From positions 1,441-65,440 of the forward strand of contig WRIB01000002.1 of the NCBI GenBank assembly GCA_009782955.1: 64,000 nt of DNA. Reading direction: 5' to 3'. This stretch comes from Treponema sp. GTDB lineage: Bacteria > Spirochaetota > Spirochaetia > Treponematales > Breznakiellaceae. This document shows, piece after piece, positions 26,104 through 36,959 of the stretch (its first letter is position 1; every line of letters starts with the position of its first letter). The translations under genes and the position numbers were made by a program. The notes beneath the pieces are model-generated. The model was not told the DNA's origin and did no database searches. It saw only the letters and a list, made by a program, of their open reading frames with translations.

Positions 26104-29100
26104 ATGGCAGATAAAAACATTGTTATGATCGACGGTAATACCGCTGCGGCTTATGTGGCTCATGCGTTAAGCGAAGTAATCGCAATTTATCCGATTACCC
26201 CTTCAAGCCCCATGGGGGAGGTTTCAGACGAATTTTCTGCCCATGGCAGAAAAAACCTTTGGGGAACCATTCCAGAAGTGGTGGAAATGCAGTCCGAGGC
26301 AGGAGCTGCCGGGGCCGTTCACGGCGCCCTAACCACCGGCGCCCTTTCTACAACCTTTACCGCTTCCCAGGGTCTGCTTCTTATGATTCCAAATATGTAT
26401 AAAATAGCCGGAGAGCTCACCTCTACGGTGTTTCATATTGCCGCACGGGCGCTGGCTACTTCCAGCCTTTCAATTTTCGGCGATCACCAGGATGTAATGG
26501 CATGCCGCCAAACCGGCTGGGCAATGATAGCTTCCAATAGCGTTCAGGAAGTAATGGACATGGCGGTAATTGCCCATGCTTCGACGCTTCGCTCCCGGGT
26601 TCCATTCCTCCATTTCTTTGATGGTTTCAGGACCAGTCACGAGCTTCAGAAAATCGAAGAAACATCATACGAAGTAATGAAGCAAATGATAGAAGACAAA
26701 TTGGTACAGGAACACAGGGCTCGCGGCCTGACCCCGGAAAATCCCAGTATTAGGGGTACAGCTCAAAATCCCGACACCTATTTCCAGGGCCGGGAAGGGG
26801 TTAACAAGTATTACGATGCTGTTTCTGCCATTGTTCAGGCGGAAATGGACAAATATGCAAAACTTACCGGACGGGCTTACCATATTTTTGATTATTTCGG
26901 CGCCAAGGATGCAGAAAAAGTGATCATCATTATGGGTTCTGGCGCGGATACCTGCGAAGAAACAGTGGAATACATGGTTGGCAAGGGAGAAAAAGTCGGC
27001 CTTCTTAAAGTACGGCTGTACCGGCCTTTTGATGCAATGGCATTTGTAAAAGCCCTGCCTTCCACAGTTAAATCCATTGCTGTTCTTGACAGAACCAAAG
27101 ATCCCGGAGCACTGGGTGAGCCTCTCTACGAAGATGTTCGTACGGCTATTGGCGAAACCATGGCTGCAGGCAAGGCTCCGTTCTCTGCCTATCCAATGGT
27201 GTTAGGCGGCCGTTACGGCCTGGGTTCCAAGGAATTTACCCCTGCTATGGTAAAATCCGTTTTTGATAACCTTTCCGGTAAAAAAATTGAACGCTTTATC
27301 GTAGGTGTTAAAGATGATATTCAGGGGAAGAGTCTTGAATGGGACGAGCACTTTGTTATTGACGAAGAAGGAATGAGCGAAGCAATGTTCTACGGTCTTG
27401 GATCGGATGGTACGGTTGGGGCCAACAAAAACTCCATTAAAATTATTGGAGATGCCAAACCGGAACTTAGTGCACAGGCTTATTTTTCCTATGACTCGAA
27501 GAAATCCGGCGGTTTTACCGTATCCCATCTGCGTTTCGGCAAAAATGTGATACGCCGTCCTTATCTGATTACCAAGGCGGATTTCCTTGCATGTCATAAA
27601 TTTTCCTATATGGAAATGTACGACATGCTGGCCAACATCAAGGACGGAGGCACCTTCCTCCTTAACAGTCCCTTTAAAGCAGCCGATGTCTGGAAGGAAC
27701 TTCCTGTTGAAGTGCAGAAACGGATTATCGACAAAAAAGTTAAATTCTACGTGATTGATGCTGCGGAGATTGCGCGGAATACCGGTATGGGTAACAGGAT
27801 CAATACCGTTATGCAGGCCGCTTATTTTAAAATTTCCGGCGTACTGCCCGAAGCCGAAGCAGTTAAGCACATGAAAGAACATATTGAATCATCCTACGGA
27901 AAGAAGGGCGCCGACATTGTAGAAAAGAACAATAAAACCGTGGATGCTTCTTTGAATGCTGTGGAAGAAGTAAAATACCCCGCTTCAACCGAAGGGAATA
28001 TCCGCATGAAAAAGCCCTTTGTTACTGCCAAGGATAACTGGATACGTGATGTGTTGGGCGGTATATCAGTTCAGGAAGGGGATAAGCTGACGGTAAGCCA
28101 AATTCCTGCAGACGGTACTTTCCCGACTGCCACAACACAATATGAAAAGCGTTCTGTTGCGGAACGGGTACCCATGTGGGATCCGGCAGTGTGTATACAG
28201 TGCGGACGCTGTGCTGCCGTTTGTTCTCATTCTTGCATCAGGATGAAGAACCTTTCCAACGACGAAGCCGCCAAAGCCCCCAAGGGTTTAAAGAGTACCG
28301 ACATTAAACCCAAGCCAGTAGACAATAAAAAAGTTACACTGGTTATTTCTGCCGAAGACTGTATGGACTGCGGGCTGTGTATTACCAACTGTCCAGTGTC
28401 AAAAGATGCCTCCAAACCCTGTGCCCTTTCCTGGAAATCTTATGCGGATGATCCGGTCTATCATGCAGAACAAGCCGAAGCCTGGGAATACTTCCTTAAG
28501 CTTCCCGAAACTCCGGCTTCGGAAATCAACCTGGGTACCGTTAAAGGTCTGGCTTTTAAACGGCCGCTCTTTGAATTCTCCGGAGCATGCGGCGGATGCG
28601 GTGAAACTCCTTATATTAAGCTGATGTCTCAGCTTTTTGGTGACCGGGCAATTATTGCCAACGCAACCGGCTGTTCTTCAATTTACGGCGGTAACCTTCC
28701 CACTACTCCGTATTGCCAAAATGCCGCTGGCCGCGGGCCGGTATGGTCCAACAGCCTCTTTGAAGATGCCGCTGAATTTGGCATGGGCTTCCGCCTTACC
28801 AGTGATAAATTGGCCGTTCATGCACGAGAAGTTGCCGAGCTGGTAAAAAAAGCCGGAATCGCTGCGGGTGTTATCGACAAGATTCTTGCAAATACCCAGG
28901 CTGACGATGCAGCTATTGATGAACAACGAAAAAACGTGGATGAGCTTAAGGCAGCTTTAAAAGGCAACAGCAATGCAGATGCACAAATGCTTCTTTCGCT
29001 GGCCGATCACTTTATTAAACGGTCGGTTTGGATATTCGGCGGTGACGGCTGGGGTTATGACATTGGGTACGGAGGCCTGGATCATGTTATTGCATCGGGC

Positions 29101-29667
29101 AGGAATATCAACATTCTTTGTATGGATACCGAAGTGTATTCCAATACCGGCGGTCAGATGAGTAAGGCCACTCCTGTTGGAGCCATTGCCAAGTTTGCTG
29201 CTGCAGGCAAGGAAATTACCAAGAAAGATCTGGGCGCCATGGGAATGAGTTATGGTTATGTCTATGTGGCAAAGATTTCCATGGGAGCGGATATCAACCA
29301 GACCATTAAGGCATTCCGTGAAGCGGAAAGTTACGACGGACCGTCGATGATAATTGCCTATAGTCATTGTATTAACCATGGCATTGACATGAGCAAGGGA
29401 CTTGATCAGGGCAAAGCAGTGGTCAGCTGCGGTCTCTGGCCAATGTTCAGGTATGATCCCAGGCTTAAAAACGAAGGAAAGAATCCATTCCAGCTGGATT
29501 CCAAAGAGCCCTCAACAAGCCTGGAAGATTTTATGTATAAAGAAGTTCGCTTTAAGAGCCTTAAAGCAACCAGCCCGGACAGGGCAGATGCACTTTTGGC
29601 AAAAGCGAAAATACAGGCAGAACGGGTATACAAGGAATATAAATACCTTGCCGATCGGCCATTTTAA
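26104..29667 (+). CDS. nifJ: Pyruvate:ferredoxin (flavodoxin) oxidoreductase
   Basis: 1187 aa single-chain PFOR. Two 4Fe-4S motifs CIQCGRCAAVC and CMDCGLCITNCP. TPP region GGDGWGYDIGYGGLDH. Confidence 0.95.
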   Translation: MADKNIVMIDGNTAAAYVAHALSEVIAIYPITPSSPMGEVSDEFSAHGRKNLWGTIPEVVEMQSEAGAAGAVHGALTTGALSTTFTASQGLLLMIPNMYKIAGELTSTVFHIAARALATSSLSIFGDHQDVMACRQTGWAMIASNSVQEVMDMAVIAHASTLRSRVPFLHFFDGFRTSHELQKIEETSYEVMKQMIEDKLVQEHRARGLTPENPSIRGTAQNPDTYFQGREGVNKYYDAVSAIVQAEMDKYAKLTGRAYHIFDYFGAKDAEKVIIIMGSGADTCEETVEYMVGKGEKVGLLKVRLYRPFDAMAFVKALPSTVKSIAVLDRTKDPGALGEPLYEDVRTAIGETMAAGKAPFSAYPMVLGGRYGLGSKEFTPAMVKSVFDNLSGKKIERFIVGVKDDIQGKSLEWDEHFVIDEEGMSEAMFYGLGSDGTVGANKNSIKIIGDAKPELSAQAYFSYDSKKSGGFTVSHLRFGKNVIRRPYLITKADFLACHKFSYMEMYDMLANIKDGGTFLLNSPFKAADVWKELPVEVQKRIIDKKVKFYVIDAAEIARNTGMGNRINTVMQAAYFKISGVLPEAEAVKHMKEHIESSYGKKGADIVEKNNKTVDASLNAVEEVKYPASTEGNIRMKKPFVTAKDNWIRDVLGGISVQEGDKLTVSQIPADGTFPTATTQYEKRSVAERVPMWDPAVCIQCGRCAAVCSHSCIRMKNLSNDEAAKAPKGLKSTDIKPKPVDNKKVTLVISAEDCMDCGLCITNCPVSKDASKPCALSWKSYADDPVYHAEQAEAWEYFLKLPETPASEINLGTVKGLAFKRPLFEFSGACGGCGETPYIKLMSQLFGDRAIIANATGCSSIYGGNLPTTPYCQNAAGRGPVWSNSLFEDAAEFGMGFRLTSDKLAVHAREVAELVKKAGIAAGVIDKILANTQADDAAIDEQRKNVDELKAALKGNSNADAQMLLSLADHFIKRSVWIFGGDGWGYDIGYGGLDHVIASGRNINILCMDTEVYSNTGGQMSKATPVGAIAKFAAAGKEITKKDLGAMGMSYGYVYVAKISMGADINQTIKAFREAESYDGPSMIIAYSHCINHGIDMSKGLDQGKAVVSCGLWPMFRYDPRLKNEGKNPFQLDSKEPSTSLEDFMYKEVRFKSLKATSPDRADALLAKAKIQAERVYKEYKYLADRPF

Positions 29668-29679
29668 AAATTACAATAT

Positions 29680-29711
29680 CGTCAGAAACCGGACTTCACC
29701 GGTTTCTGACG
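29680..29711 (+). terminator. Hairpin after PFOR (13-bp perfect stem)
   Basis: CGTCAGAAACCGG-acttca-CCGGTTTCTGACG, 13 nt after the stop codon. The T-tract is weak. Confidence 0.55.
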
Positions 29712-29790
29712 GTAAAATTGACAATTCTGAATGCCAATGTAAATATTACTGCATTGGGAATAATTCTATTGTAGAATTGCGGGGTACAAA

Positions 29791-30192
29791 ATGGGCAAGA
29801 AAAAACAAAAAGCTATACTGGCAATAGATGATAATGCGACTCAGCTTAAGATTTTTGAAAAATTCCTCAGTTCCAGTTATGAACTTGCCCTGGTTAAATC
29901 TGCGTACGAAGCAATGGGATTACTGCAAGCAAGGAATTTTGATCTTATTTTGTTGGATATTGAAATGCCCGATGTTTCGGGGTTTGAATTTCTCCATGAA
30001 ATAAGAAAAATCCCTCAATATATGTCAAAGCCGGTAATAATCGTTACAAGTCACTCGGAACCGGATATTTTAAGTCATGCTAAACATTCCAGCACTTCCG
30101 GTGTATTGACCAAACCGGTTAATTCAAAACAATTATTCAAGGCCATAGAATTGGCATTTTCCGGGCCGGCGGTGGATCCTTTCCATCTGTAA
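29791..30192 (+). CDS. Single-domain response regulator (CheY-like receiver)
   Basis: ILAIDDN...DLILLDIEMPDVSGFEFL...VIIVTSH...KP receiver motifs. Confidence 0.88.
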   Translation: MGKKKQKAILAIDDNATQLKIFEKFLSSSYELALVKSAYEAMGLLQARNFDLILLDIEMPDVSGFEFLHEIRKIPQYMSKPVIIVTSHSEPDILSHAKHSSTSGVLTKPVNSKQLFKAIELAFSGPAVDPFHL

Positions 30193-30210
30193 TTTTTTTT
30201 AAAATTCCCT

Positions 30211-30258
30211 GAGCTTGTTCCAAAACTCGGTTAGTTTCGGAACAAGCTCCCCTTTTTC
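30211..30258 (+). terminator. Rho-independent terminator; member of the GTTCCAAAA hairpin family
   Basis: GAGCTTGTTCC (30211-30221) pairs with GGAACAAGCTC (30239-30249), followed by CCCTTTTTCT. Confidence 0.7.
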
Positions 30259-30294
30259 TGGATTTTTTAAAATAAAGTAGTATATACTGTTTAT

Positions 30295-31569
30295 ATGTAT
30301 CTTACTCGATCTTCGGAAATAAGGCGTATTGGGTTTGTTTCCACTCGCTTTCAGGGAACCGACGGGGTTTCTCTGGAAACAGAAAAATGGCGGCAAGTTC
30401 TTGAAAACATGGGTTACGATTGTTTCTTTTTTTCAGGTCTTTCTGACTGGGATCCTGAAAAATCAATGGTCGTGGAGCAGGCTTTTTTTGGGCATCCGCT
30501 TATCCTGGATATTCAGGATCGTTGTTTTGGCGTTACTGTCCGGGGCGAAGGGTTGTCCGGGGAAATCCAGGCGATTCGGTTTCGATTAAAACGGGCACTT
30601 TACGACTTTACGGAAAAATTCGGCATAGATCTTTTAATTGCAGAAAATGCTCTTACCATTCCCATGAATATTCCTTTTGGCCTTGCCATTACCGAATTTA
30701 TCGCTGAAACAGGGATACCCGCTATAGCACATCACCATGACTTTGCATGGGAACGGCAGCGTTTTTCCGTTAACTGTGTTGCGGATTATCTTTCCGTGGC
30801 TTTCCCTCCGCGGCCGCATTCCATCAATCATGTTGTTATTAATTCCGAAGCCCGGCAGCAGCTTTCGTATCGCTGCGGTCTTTCTTCGATTATCATTCCC
30901 AATGTGTTCGATTTTGATACAGCTCCTCCTGTAATAGATGATTATGGGCGGTCTATGCGGGAAGAGTTGGGAATTGGGGACGATCTGCTCCTCCTCCAGC
31001 CGACACGAATGGTTGCACGCAAGGGTATAGAACATGCCATTGAATTAGCTTCCCGTCTTAAATCAAAAAAAGCTCACCTTCTGATAAGCCACCAGGAACG
31101 TGACGAAGGATCAGAGTATTACCAGAGAACCATGGATTATGCCGATCTGTTGGGCGTTGATTTGATTATACGGCCTGATCTTATTGGAGTGGCACGCGGC
31201 GAGACTCCCGATGGAAAAAAGAAATTTAGCCTTTGGGATTGTTACCTGAATGCAGACTTTGTTACCTATCCGTCTACCTATGAGGGGTTTGGCAATGCTT
31301 TTCTGGAAGCATTGTGGTTTAAGAAACCAATCCTGGTAAACAGGTATTCTATTTTTCAGCAGGATATTGAGCCTCTGGAATTTGATGTTGTAGTAATGGA
31401 TACGTACATTACTCCGGAAACAGTGAATACGGTTAATGCGATACTTGAAAATCCCGATGCAGCAGAAGTAATGACAGAAAGAAATTTTGAATTGGGAAAA
31501 AGGTTTTTTTCATTTACATTGTTGGAACAACGGCTTAAGCAGGTTTTAATGAATTTTGGTCAGCTTTAA
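30295..31569 (+). CDS. GT4-family (GT-B fold) glycosyltransferase
   Basis: 424 aa. The C-terminal PSTYEGFGNAFLEA block resembles the E-x7-E region of GT4 enzymes. Substrate not assignable. Confidence 0.7.
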   Translation: MYLTRSSEIRRIGFVSTRFQGTDGVSLETEKWRQVLENMGYDCFFFSGLSDWDPEKSMVVEQAFFGHPLILDIQDRCFGVTVRGEGLSGEIQAIRFRLKRALYDFTEKFGIDLLIAENALTIPMNIPFGLAITEFIAETGIPAIAHHHDFAWERQRFSVNCVADYLSVAFPPRPHSINHVVINSEARQQLSYRCGLSSIIIPNVFDFDTAPPVIDDYGRSMREELGIGDDLLLLQPTRMVARKGIEHAIELASRLKSKKAHLLISHQERDEGSEYYQRTMDYADLLGVDLIIRPDLIGVARGETPDGKKKFSLWDCYLNADFVTYPSTYEGFGNAFLEALWFKKPILVNRYSIFQQDIEPLEFDVVVMDTYITPETVNTVNAILENPDAAEVMTERNFELGKRFFSFTLLEQRLKQVLMNFGQL

Positions 31570-31581
31570 CAAGGAGTTTGT

Positions 31582-32757
31582 ATGATAAAATTTATTACGG
31601 CCCATTCCAGTGAAACAGATGATGTAGAAGCTGCAGTTTCGGAAATTCTTTCTCAATTGGATCCAGGCAGTTTATTAAAATTTTCAGCAGGGATAATGTA
31701 CTACCATGCTGATTATGCAAAAACAGGGATAACAAAGCGGATATGCGACAGTCTGCCTTTTCCAATAATCGGAAGTACCACTTCCAGTTCAGCTGTCCGA
31801 GGATCGGGTGAAGGTGCAATCCTGACCATTAACGTATTTACCAGCGACACCATAGCTTTTAACGCAGGGATATGCGATCCGGTTACCGATGAACCTTTTA
31901 TGCCAATGGAAAAACTCTACAATCAATTGCTGAATGAAAAGCCGCCAGCCATGGGTAAAAAGCCAGCCATGTTTTTTGTTATTGCGCCGGACTTTTATGA
32001 TATTACCGGCGACGACTACCTGGCTGCATTAACCGGATTAAGCGGCGGTGTTCCTGTTTTCGGCTCTGCTGCCTTTACCCATACATCGGAGTTCCGGGAT
32101 ATTAAAACATTTTTTAACGGAGCTGAATATGACTCTTCAATGGCAGTTCTTGCTTTTTGGGGAAACCTGGAGCCGAAGTTTTTTAGAACTGCCATTCCGG
32201 AAGCTCAGGTTATTAATCAAAGAGCGGTAATTACCGATTCGTACCGGAACAGAATAAGAAAGATTAATGGGATTCCTGTTTTGGAATACTTTGAATCGGT
32301 TGGTCTTGTAAAGAACGGGAGTTTGGAAGGAATTGATGCTTTTCCTTTAATTTTGCATGTACAAGACGGTTCCCGATTAATTCGTACCATTCATGGTCTG
32401 GAGAATGGCGAGATTTTATGTAGCGGTATGGTTCCTTCTCATCTTCCTGTAGAAATCTCTTCTTGTGACAGGGGTTTTATAACTGAATCTGCCCGAAAAA
32501 CAGTTGATGAATGCAAAAAATGGCTTGAATCGCAGAACAACACCGGTTCACATGCCGCTCTGGTTGTTTCATGTATTGCCCGGAGGTGGATTTTAGGAAC
32601 CGATGTTTTTGCAGAAATAAATAAAATAGATTCCGGTTTAAAGGAATTGCCGTACCATTTTGTTTATTCCCGGGGTGAATACTGTCCTGCTCATGTCCAG
32701 GACAACAGAACCGTTAATTATTTTTTTAACTTTACCATGGGTATATGTATTATCTAG
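31582..32757 (+). CDS. FIST-domain sensory protein
   Basis: 391 aa with no transmembrane segments. The layout and blocks (GSTTSS...; FYGEY-like SRGEYCP near the C-terminus) fit FIST_N/FIST_C as I recall them. AAGGAG SD sequence. Confidence 0.6.
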   Translation: MIKFITAHSSETDDVEAAVSEILSQLDPGSLLKFSAGIMYYHADYAKTGITKRICDSLPFPIIGSTTSSSAVRGSGEGAILTINVFTSDTIAFNAGICDPVTDEPFMPMEKLYNQLLNEKPPAMGKKPAMFFVIAPDFYDITGDDYLAALTGLSGGVPVFGSAAFTHTSEFRDIKTFFNGAEYDSSMAVLAFWGNLEPKFFRTAIPEAQVINQRAVITDSYRNRIRKINGIPVLEYFESVGLVKNGSLEGIDAFPLILHVQDGSRLIRTIHGLENGEILCSGMVPSHLPVEISSCDRGFITESARKTVDECKKWLESQNNTGSHAALVVSCIARRWILGTDVFAEINKIDSGLKELPYHFVYSRGEYCPAHVQDNRTVNYFFNFTMGICII

Positions 32758-32777
32758 CATATTTTCGGTGTAATTAA

Positions 32778-35189
32778 ATGAGTGAGAAAGATAATACTGC
32801 AGCATTGGAATTAAAAATCAAAAAACTTGAGCGGGAGCTCAAAAATCTGACCGATTCAATGAAACTTTCTGAAAGAGTGTCTCAGGCAAAACTTCGTTTT
32901 ATGTCGGTTTTACGGGAAGAAAAATCAAAACAGGAAAGATTTCTTCATATGCTTCTGGAAAACAATATTGATATTATGCTCCTTCTGGACAAAGATTTAC
33001 GTATTGCATATTGCACCAAGGCTTTCCTGGCCCTCTTTAATATTCCGCATTTTGACATGATAAAAGACAGGGATTTTATTGGCATGGCAGAACAATATCT
33101 TGGAGAAAAATATGCCTATAAATTCAAAAACTTTCTAATGGAACATAAAGATGATTCGGTACAAAATGAGATAGAATTTATTTACAAATTTCCGGAAAGC
33201 AGAAAAAAAAGAAGTTTTTATATTACCATGACTCCCATGTTTGAAGACAAAGAAATATGCGGTTATTTAATATTAAGCCATGAAACTTCAGAACTTGTTC
33301 ATGCCAAGGAACAGGCGGAAAAAGCCAATACAGCTAAAAGTGCCTTTCTTGCAACAATGAGCCATGAGATCCGTACTCCTATGAATGCTGTTATCGGAAT
33401 GAGCGAACTGGCTCTGCGGGAAACGGATAACCCGCTTGTTCAGGAATATCTTTCGGACATTAAACAAGCGGGGCAGAATCTTATTTCTTTGGTAAATGAT
33501 ATTCTAGATTTTTCCAGGATTGAATCCGGTAATCTTCAAATAGTGGAATTGTCCTATGAATTCTCTTCATTGGTAAATGATGTTTTCAGTATTATGAGAA
33601 TTCACCTGAATCACAGACCCATACAATTTCTGGCAGAAATTGATTCCCGCATACCACGCTTGCTTTTGGGCGATGCCGGCAGGGTGCGTCAAATTCTGTT
33701 TAATCTTTTAAATAATGCCGTTAAATATACCAGAAAAGGTTTTGTAAAAGTTTGTATTGAATGTAAAGAAGATGACAAAGGTCAACGTCTGATAATAGAG
33801 GTTAGTGACAGCGGTATTGGGATAAAAAAAGAAGATATCGGCAAGTTGTTTAGTACTTTTGTCCGGCTTGATGAAGATAAGAATACCGGAATTGAAGGGA
33901 CAGGACTTGGACTTTCAATTACACGCAGTCTTTGTAAGGCAATGGGCGGGGATATTAGCGTAAAAAGCGAATACAGGAAAGGTTCGGTATTCACTGCAGA
34001 GATAATTCAAAAAACTATAGATCCCAGGCCAATGACGGAACTTGAAAGATATAAAAACAGAAAAACACTTTTTTACTGTCAGGATCCTATGCTTACTTCT
34101 TCTTTTGGCTGGACCCTGGATAATTTGGGAATTCCCTTTTTAGCGGCTGAAAACAAGGCTGATCTGATACAAAGGCTGAATTCGGGTCTTTGGAACTATG
34201 TGTTTTTCCCCGTTGACTGTACTATATTGGTAAAAGATTGCATTGACAGGTCGAACCTTAAAACAATTCCGATTTTACTGGGATCTACCTTGCCCGGCGA
34301 TAACAAGTCCTGGGATGGCCTTGTCGTTTCATTTCCTTACTATACTGTTTCTGTAGCAAATGCTTTTGAAGGAAGGAAAGATGTAAACCGTTGGACCGGT
34401 AAGGCTAATTTTATATGCCCGGATTTTAAAGTACTTATTATAGATGATTTGGATATAAACCTTAAAATAGCTCTTGGATTGCTTTCTCCCTACAAGATGC
34501 AAATAACAACCTGTAAGAGCTCGGTTAAAGCACTTGAAATAATTAAAGAAAATGATTTTGACTTAATCTTCCTGGATCAGATGATGCCTGGAATGGACGG
34601 TGATGAGTTGGTCAAAGCCATACGATCATTAAAAGACCGGAAGTCCCAAAACATTTCGATTGCTGCCATGACTGCAAATACTGCTCCGGGAATACGGGAA
34701 GCATTTCTGGAAAAAGGCTATAATGATTATCTTTCAAAACCTCTGGAAATGTATCAGCTTAATGAGTTACTTGAACGCTGGGTTGGTAAAAACAAGCGTC
34801 ACGACATTGAATCGCAGGATTACGCCGTTCTAGGTATCAAAGATCTTGATGAAAACAAGGGAATGGCGAGTTGTTTTAATTCTCAGGAAACATACCGAAA
34901 ATTACTTTATCTGTACTGTAACGATTTGGATTATCGTCTGGATGTACTTCGTAATGCCATAAATGCAAAAGAAAAATTGACCAAAGAACGGAAATTAAAC
35001 CTTTTGTACAACCTGCATATTCTAAAGAGTTCATGCGAAGCCGTGGGCGCCACTTCCTTTGCAAAAATTGCCTCTGATCTGGAAGCAAACACCACTGTGA
35101 ACCAGAGAGATACAATGCATCTTTCCAGTTTTGTCGAAGAGCTTGGATCATTTAAGGAAACGATACTAAAAGCCCTCAAGACTGCATAA
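32778..35189 (+). CDS. Hybrid sensor histidine kinase (HisKA-HATPase-receiver-HPt)
   Basis: H-box [19 protein letters not shown] boxes [10 protein letters not shown] and GTGLGLSI. Receiver [15 protein letters not shown]-terminal HPt-like [13 protein letters not shown]. Confidence 0.9.
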   Translation: MSEKDNTAALELKIKKLERELKNLTDSMKLSERVSQAKLRFMSVLREEKSKQERFLHMLLENNIDIMLLLDKDLRIAYCTKAFLALFNIPHFDMIKDRDFIGMAEQYLGEKYAYKFKNFLMEHKDDSVQNEIEFIYKFPESRKKRSFYITMTPMFEDKEICGYLILSHETSELVHAKEQAEKANTAKSAFLATMSHEIRTPMNAVIGMSELALRETDNPLVQEYLSDIKQAGQNLISLVNDILDFSRIESGNLQIVELSYEFSSLVNDVFSIMRIHLNHRPIQFLAEIDSRIPRLLLGDAGRVRQILFNLLNNAVKYTRKGFVKVCIECKEDDKGQRLIIEVSDSGIGIKKEDIGKLFSTFVRLDEDKNTGIEGTGLGLSITRSLCKAMGGDISVKSEYRKGSVFTAEIIQKTIDPRPMTELERYKNRKTLFYCQDPMLTSSFGWTLDNLGIPFLAAENKADLIQRLNSGLWNYVFFPVDCTILVKDCIDRSNLKTIPILLGSTLPGDNKSWDGLVVSFPYYTVSVANAFEGRKDVNRWTGKANFICPDFKVLIIDDLDINLKIALGLLSPYKMQITTCKSSVKALEIIKENDFDLIFLDQMMPGMDGDELVKAIRSLKDRKSQNISIAAMTANTAPGIREAFLEKGYNDYLSKPLEMYQLNELLERWVGKNKRHDIESQDYAVLGIKDLDENKGMASCFNSQETYRKLLYLYCNDLDYRLDVLRNAINAKEKLTKERKLNLLYNLHILKSSCEAVGATSFAKIASDLEANTTVNQRDTMHLSSFVEELGSFKETILKALKTA

Positions 35190-35278
35190 TCCCGATTTAT
35201 CTCCTGCGGCCTCTGGTTATAAAATAATAATGGAATCCGGCATAACTTCGCGTAACTTTTGTCAAACCTGTCTGGTTT

Positions 35279-36154
35279 TTAGAGAGCTTTGGCTTCATTC
35301 CAGAATTGATCCATTAATTCCAGGTTTGCTGAAACCATGGGTTTTTCGTATTCCTTCATCTTTTTTTCTACATAACCAAAACGTTTAATGAATTTTGCAT
35401 TTGTCCTGTGAAGCGCCAGCGATGGCTCAATTTTCAGGAAACGGCAAAGATTAACCGCAGAAAAAAGGAGGTCGCCAAGTTCTTCTTCCAATGCAGAATT
35501 TCCGGTATTTACCGGTTCCGGTACTTTTTGTTCAGGTGTTGCCGATTGTGATACTGCCACTGTCACTGCCGCTACTGCTTCTGTTTCCGCCAATTCTTCC
35601 CGTAATTTGTCCATTACCCCTTTAATGTCAGGCCAGTCAAAACCTTGTTTGGCCGCCTTTTTCTGTAACTGAAATGCCCGATCCAGGGGCGGCAAAGCTC
35701 CGGAAACTTCGTCCAGAATTGAGTTTTTTGGCCGCCGGCCTTCCTGTTCTACTTTAATTCGAGCCCAATTATCCAGGACATTTTCGGAATTAAGAGAACC
35801 TTTTTCGTTTTCCTTCCGGAGCTCTCCGAATACATGAGGGTGCCGGCGGATCAATTTTTCGGAAACATCGTTTAAAACATCGGAAACGGTAAATGTACTT
35901 TCCTGCTGGTACATATAGGAAATCATTGTAACCAAAAGAAAGATGTCCCCCAGTTCCTCACGGATATGAACCGGATTTTCTTCGTCTATCGCTTCAATAC
36001 ATTCGTAGGTTTCTTCTATCAGGCTGCCTCTGAGAGTTTTTGGGCTTTGTTCCCTGTCCCAGGGACAACCGTCCTCACCCCGGAGTTTTTCTACAATGTC
36101 GTAAAGCCGTTTAAACGATTCTTCCGCAGGGGAGCCGCTTGAATTTTCGTACAT
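35279..36154 (-). CDS. mazG: Nucleoside triphosphate pyrophosphohydrolase MazG (tandem MazG domains)
   Basis: GCPWDREQSPKTLR..LIEETYE..EAI and ELGDIFL / ELGDLLF repeats. Confidence 0.9.
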   Translation of the reverse strand: MYENSSGSPAEESFKRLYDIVEKLRGEDGCPWDREQSPKTLRGSLIEETYECIEAIDEENPVHIREELGDIFLLVTMISYMYQQESTFTVSDVLNDVSEKLIRRHPHVFGELRKENEKGSLNSENVLDNWARIKVEQEGRRPKNSILDEVSGALPPLDRAFQLQKKAAKQGFDWPDIKGVMDKLREELAETEAVAAVTVAVSQSATPEQKVPEPVNTGNSALEEELGDLLFSAVNLCRFLKIEPSLALHRTNAKFIKRFGYVEKKMKEYEKPMVSANLELMDQFWNEAKAL

Positions 36155-36200
36155 ACTAACATTGTATTGTAATTTTATTGTATTATGCTAGAATAAAGCT

Positions 36201-36959
36201 ATGGATCAAAGCGATGCCGGCAAAAAGATATTCATACTTTATCCTCATAGTGTTATTAAGGAAGAACTCATGGATCTCCTTATTATGGCCGGGTTTGAAT
36301 CCTATACACTCCGTGATCACAAACGTGCTTTAAAGCTGCTGGAAAAATTTCCCGACTCAATTATATTTATAAACATAGATGACGGCATGGGCGAAAAGGA
36401 ATGGGAAGTATATATAAAGGGTATTATGGAAAACCCCAAAACCAAAGATTGCCGTGTTGGGATTCTTTCCTATAATACCGACAAAGCTCTTATGCAAAAA
36501 TATTTAATGGAAATAGCCGTACCTTGCGGATATATTCAACTTAAGCTTGGCGTCAGAGAAAGTACCAAGATTATGATTTATGCCCTGGAAGCCAACGAAG
36601 CCAGGGGGAAGCGTAAGTATATACGGGCTTTTTGTGCGGATGATATTAACGCTACAGTTAATGTAAAAGGTTCCGGCGGTATTTATTACGGCAAAATACT
36701 TGATATCAGCGCTGCCGGAATTGCCGCAAAATTCGATAAATTTGACGACCTGCCGCCAAATACAAAGATCAGGGAAATGCAACTTAAACTCCGCGGCGGG
36801 CTTATTCTGACCGACGCGGTTCTTATAGGCAGACGCAACGATAATGTGTGTATTTTTTTATTTGATGTTCCCAGGATGAGTCCGGATCATGCGCTTATTA
36901 TTCATCGTTTTATTAAATATACAATACAGCACTACATGGATAATCTTGTAATCCGATGA
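36201..36959 (+). CDS. PilZ-domain c-di-GMP receptor with an N-terminal receiver-like domain
   Basis: RKYIR (RxxxR) followed by DISAAGIA (D/NxSxxG). The N-terminal 120 aa look CheY-like. Confidence 0.75.
   Translation: MDQSDAGKKIFILYPHSVIKEELMDLLIMAGFESYTLRDHKRALKLLEKFPDSIIFINIDDGMGEKEWEVYIKGIMENPKTKDCRVGILSYNTDKALMQKYLMEIAVPCGYIQLKLGVRESTKIMIYALEANEARGKRKYIRAFCADDINATVNVKGSGGIYYGKILDISAAGIAAKFDKFDDLPPNTKIREMQLKLRGGLILTDAVLIGRRNDNVCIFLFDVPRMSPDHALIIHRFIKYTIQHYMDNLVIR

Noticed and set aside
27202-27882. A 226-aa minus-strand ORF inside PFOR. Similar long antisense ORFs occur at 62237-62899 (ABC ATPase), 38985-39425, 52361-53151, 25689-26120 and 30634-31035.
   Set aside because: All are fully embedded antisense to high-confidence conserved genes, lack SD sequences or promoters, and translate to low-complexity or Cys/Arg/Phe-rich sequences typical of antisense frames.
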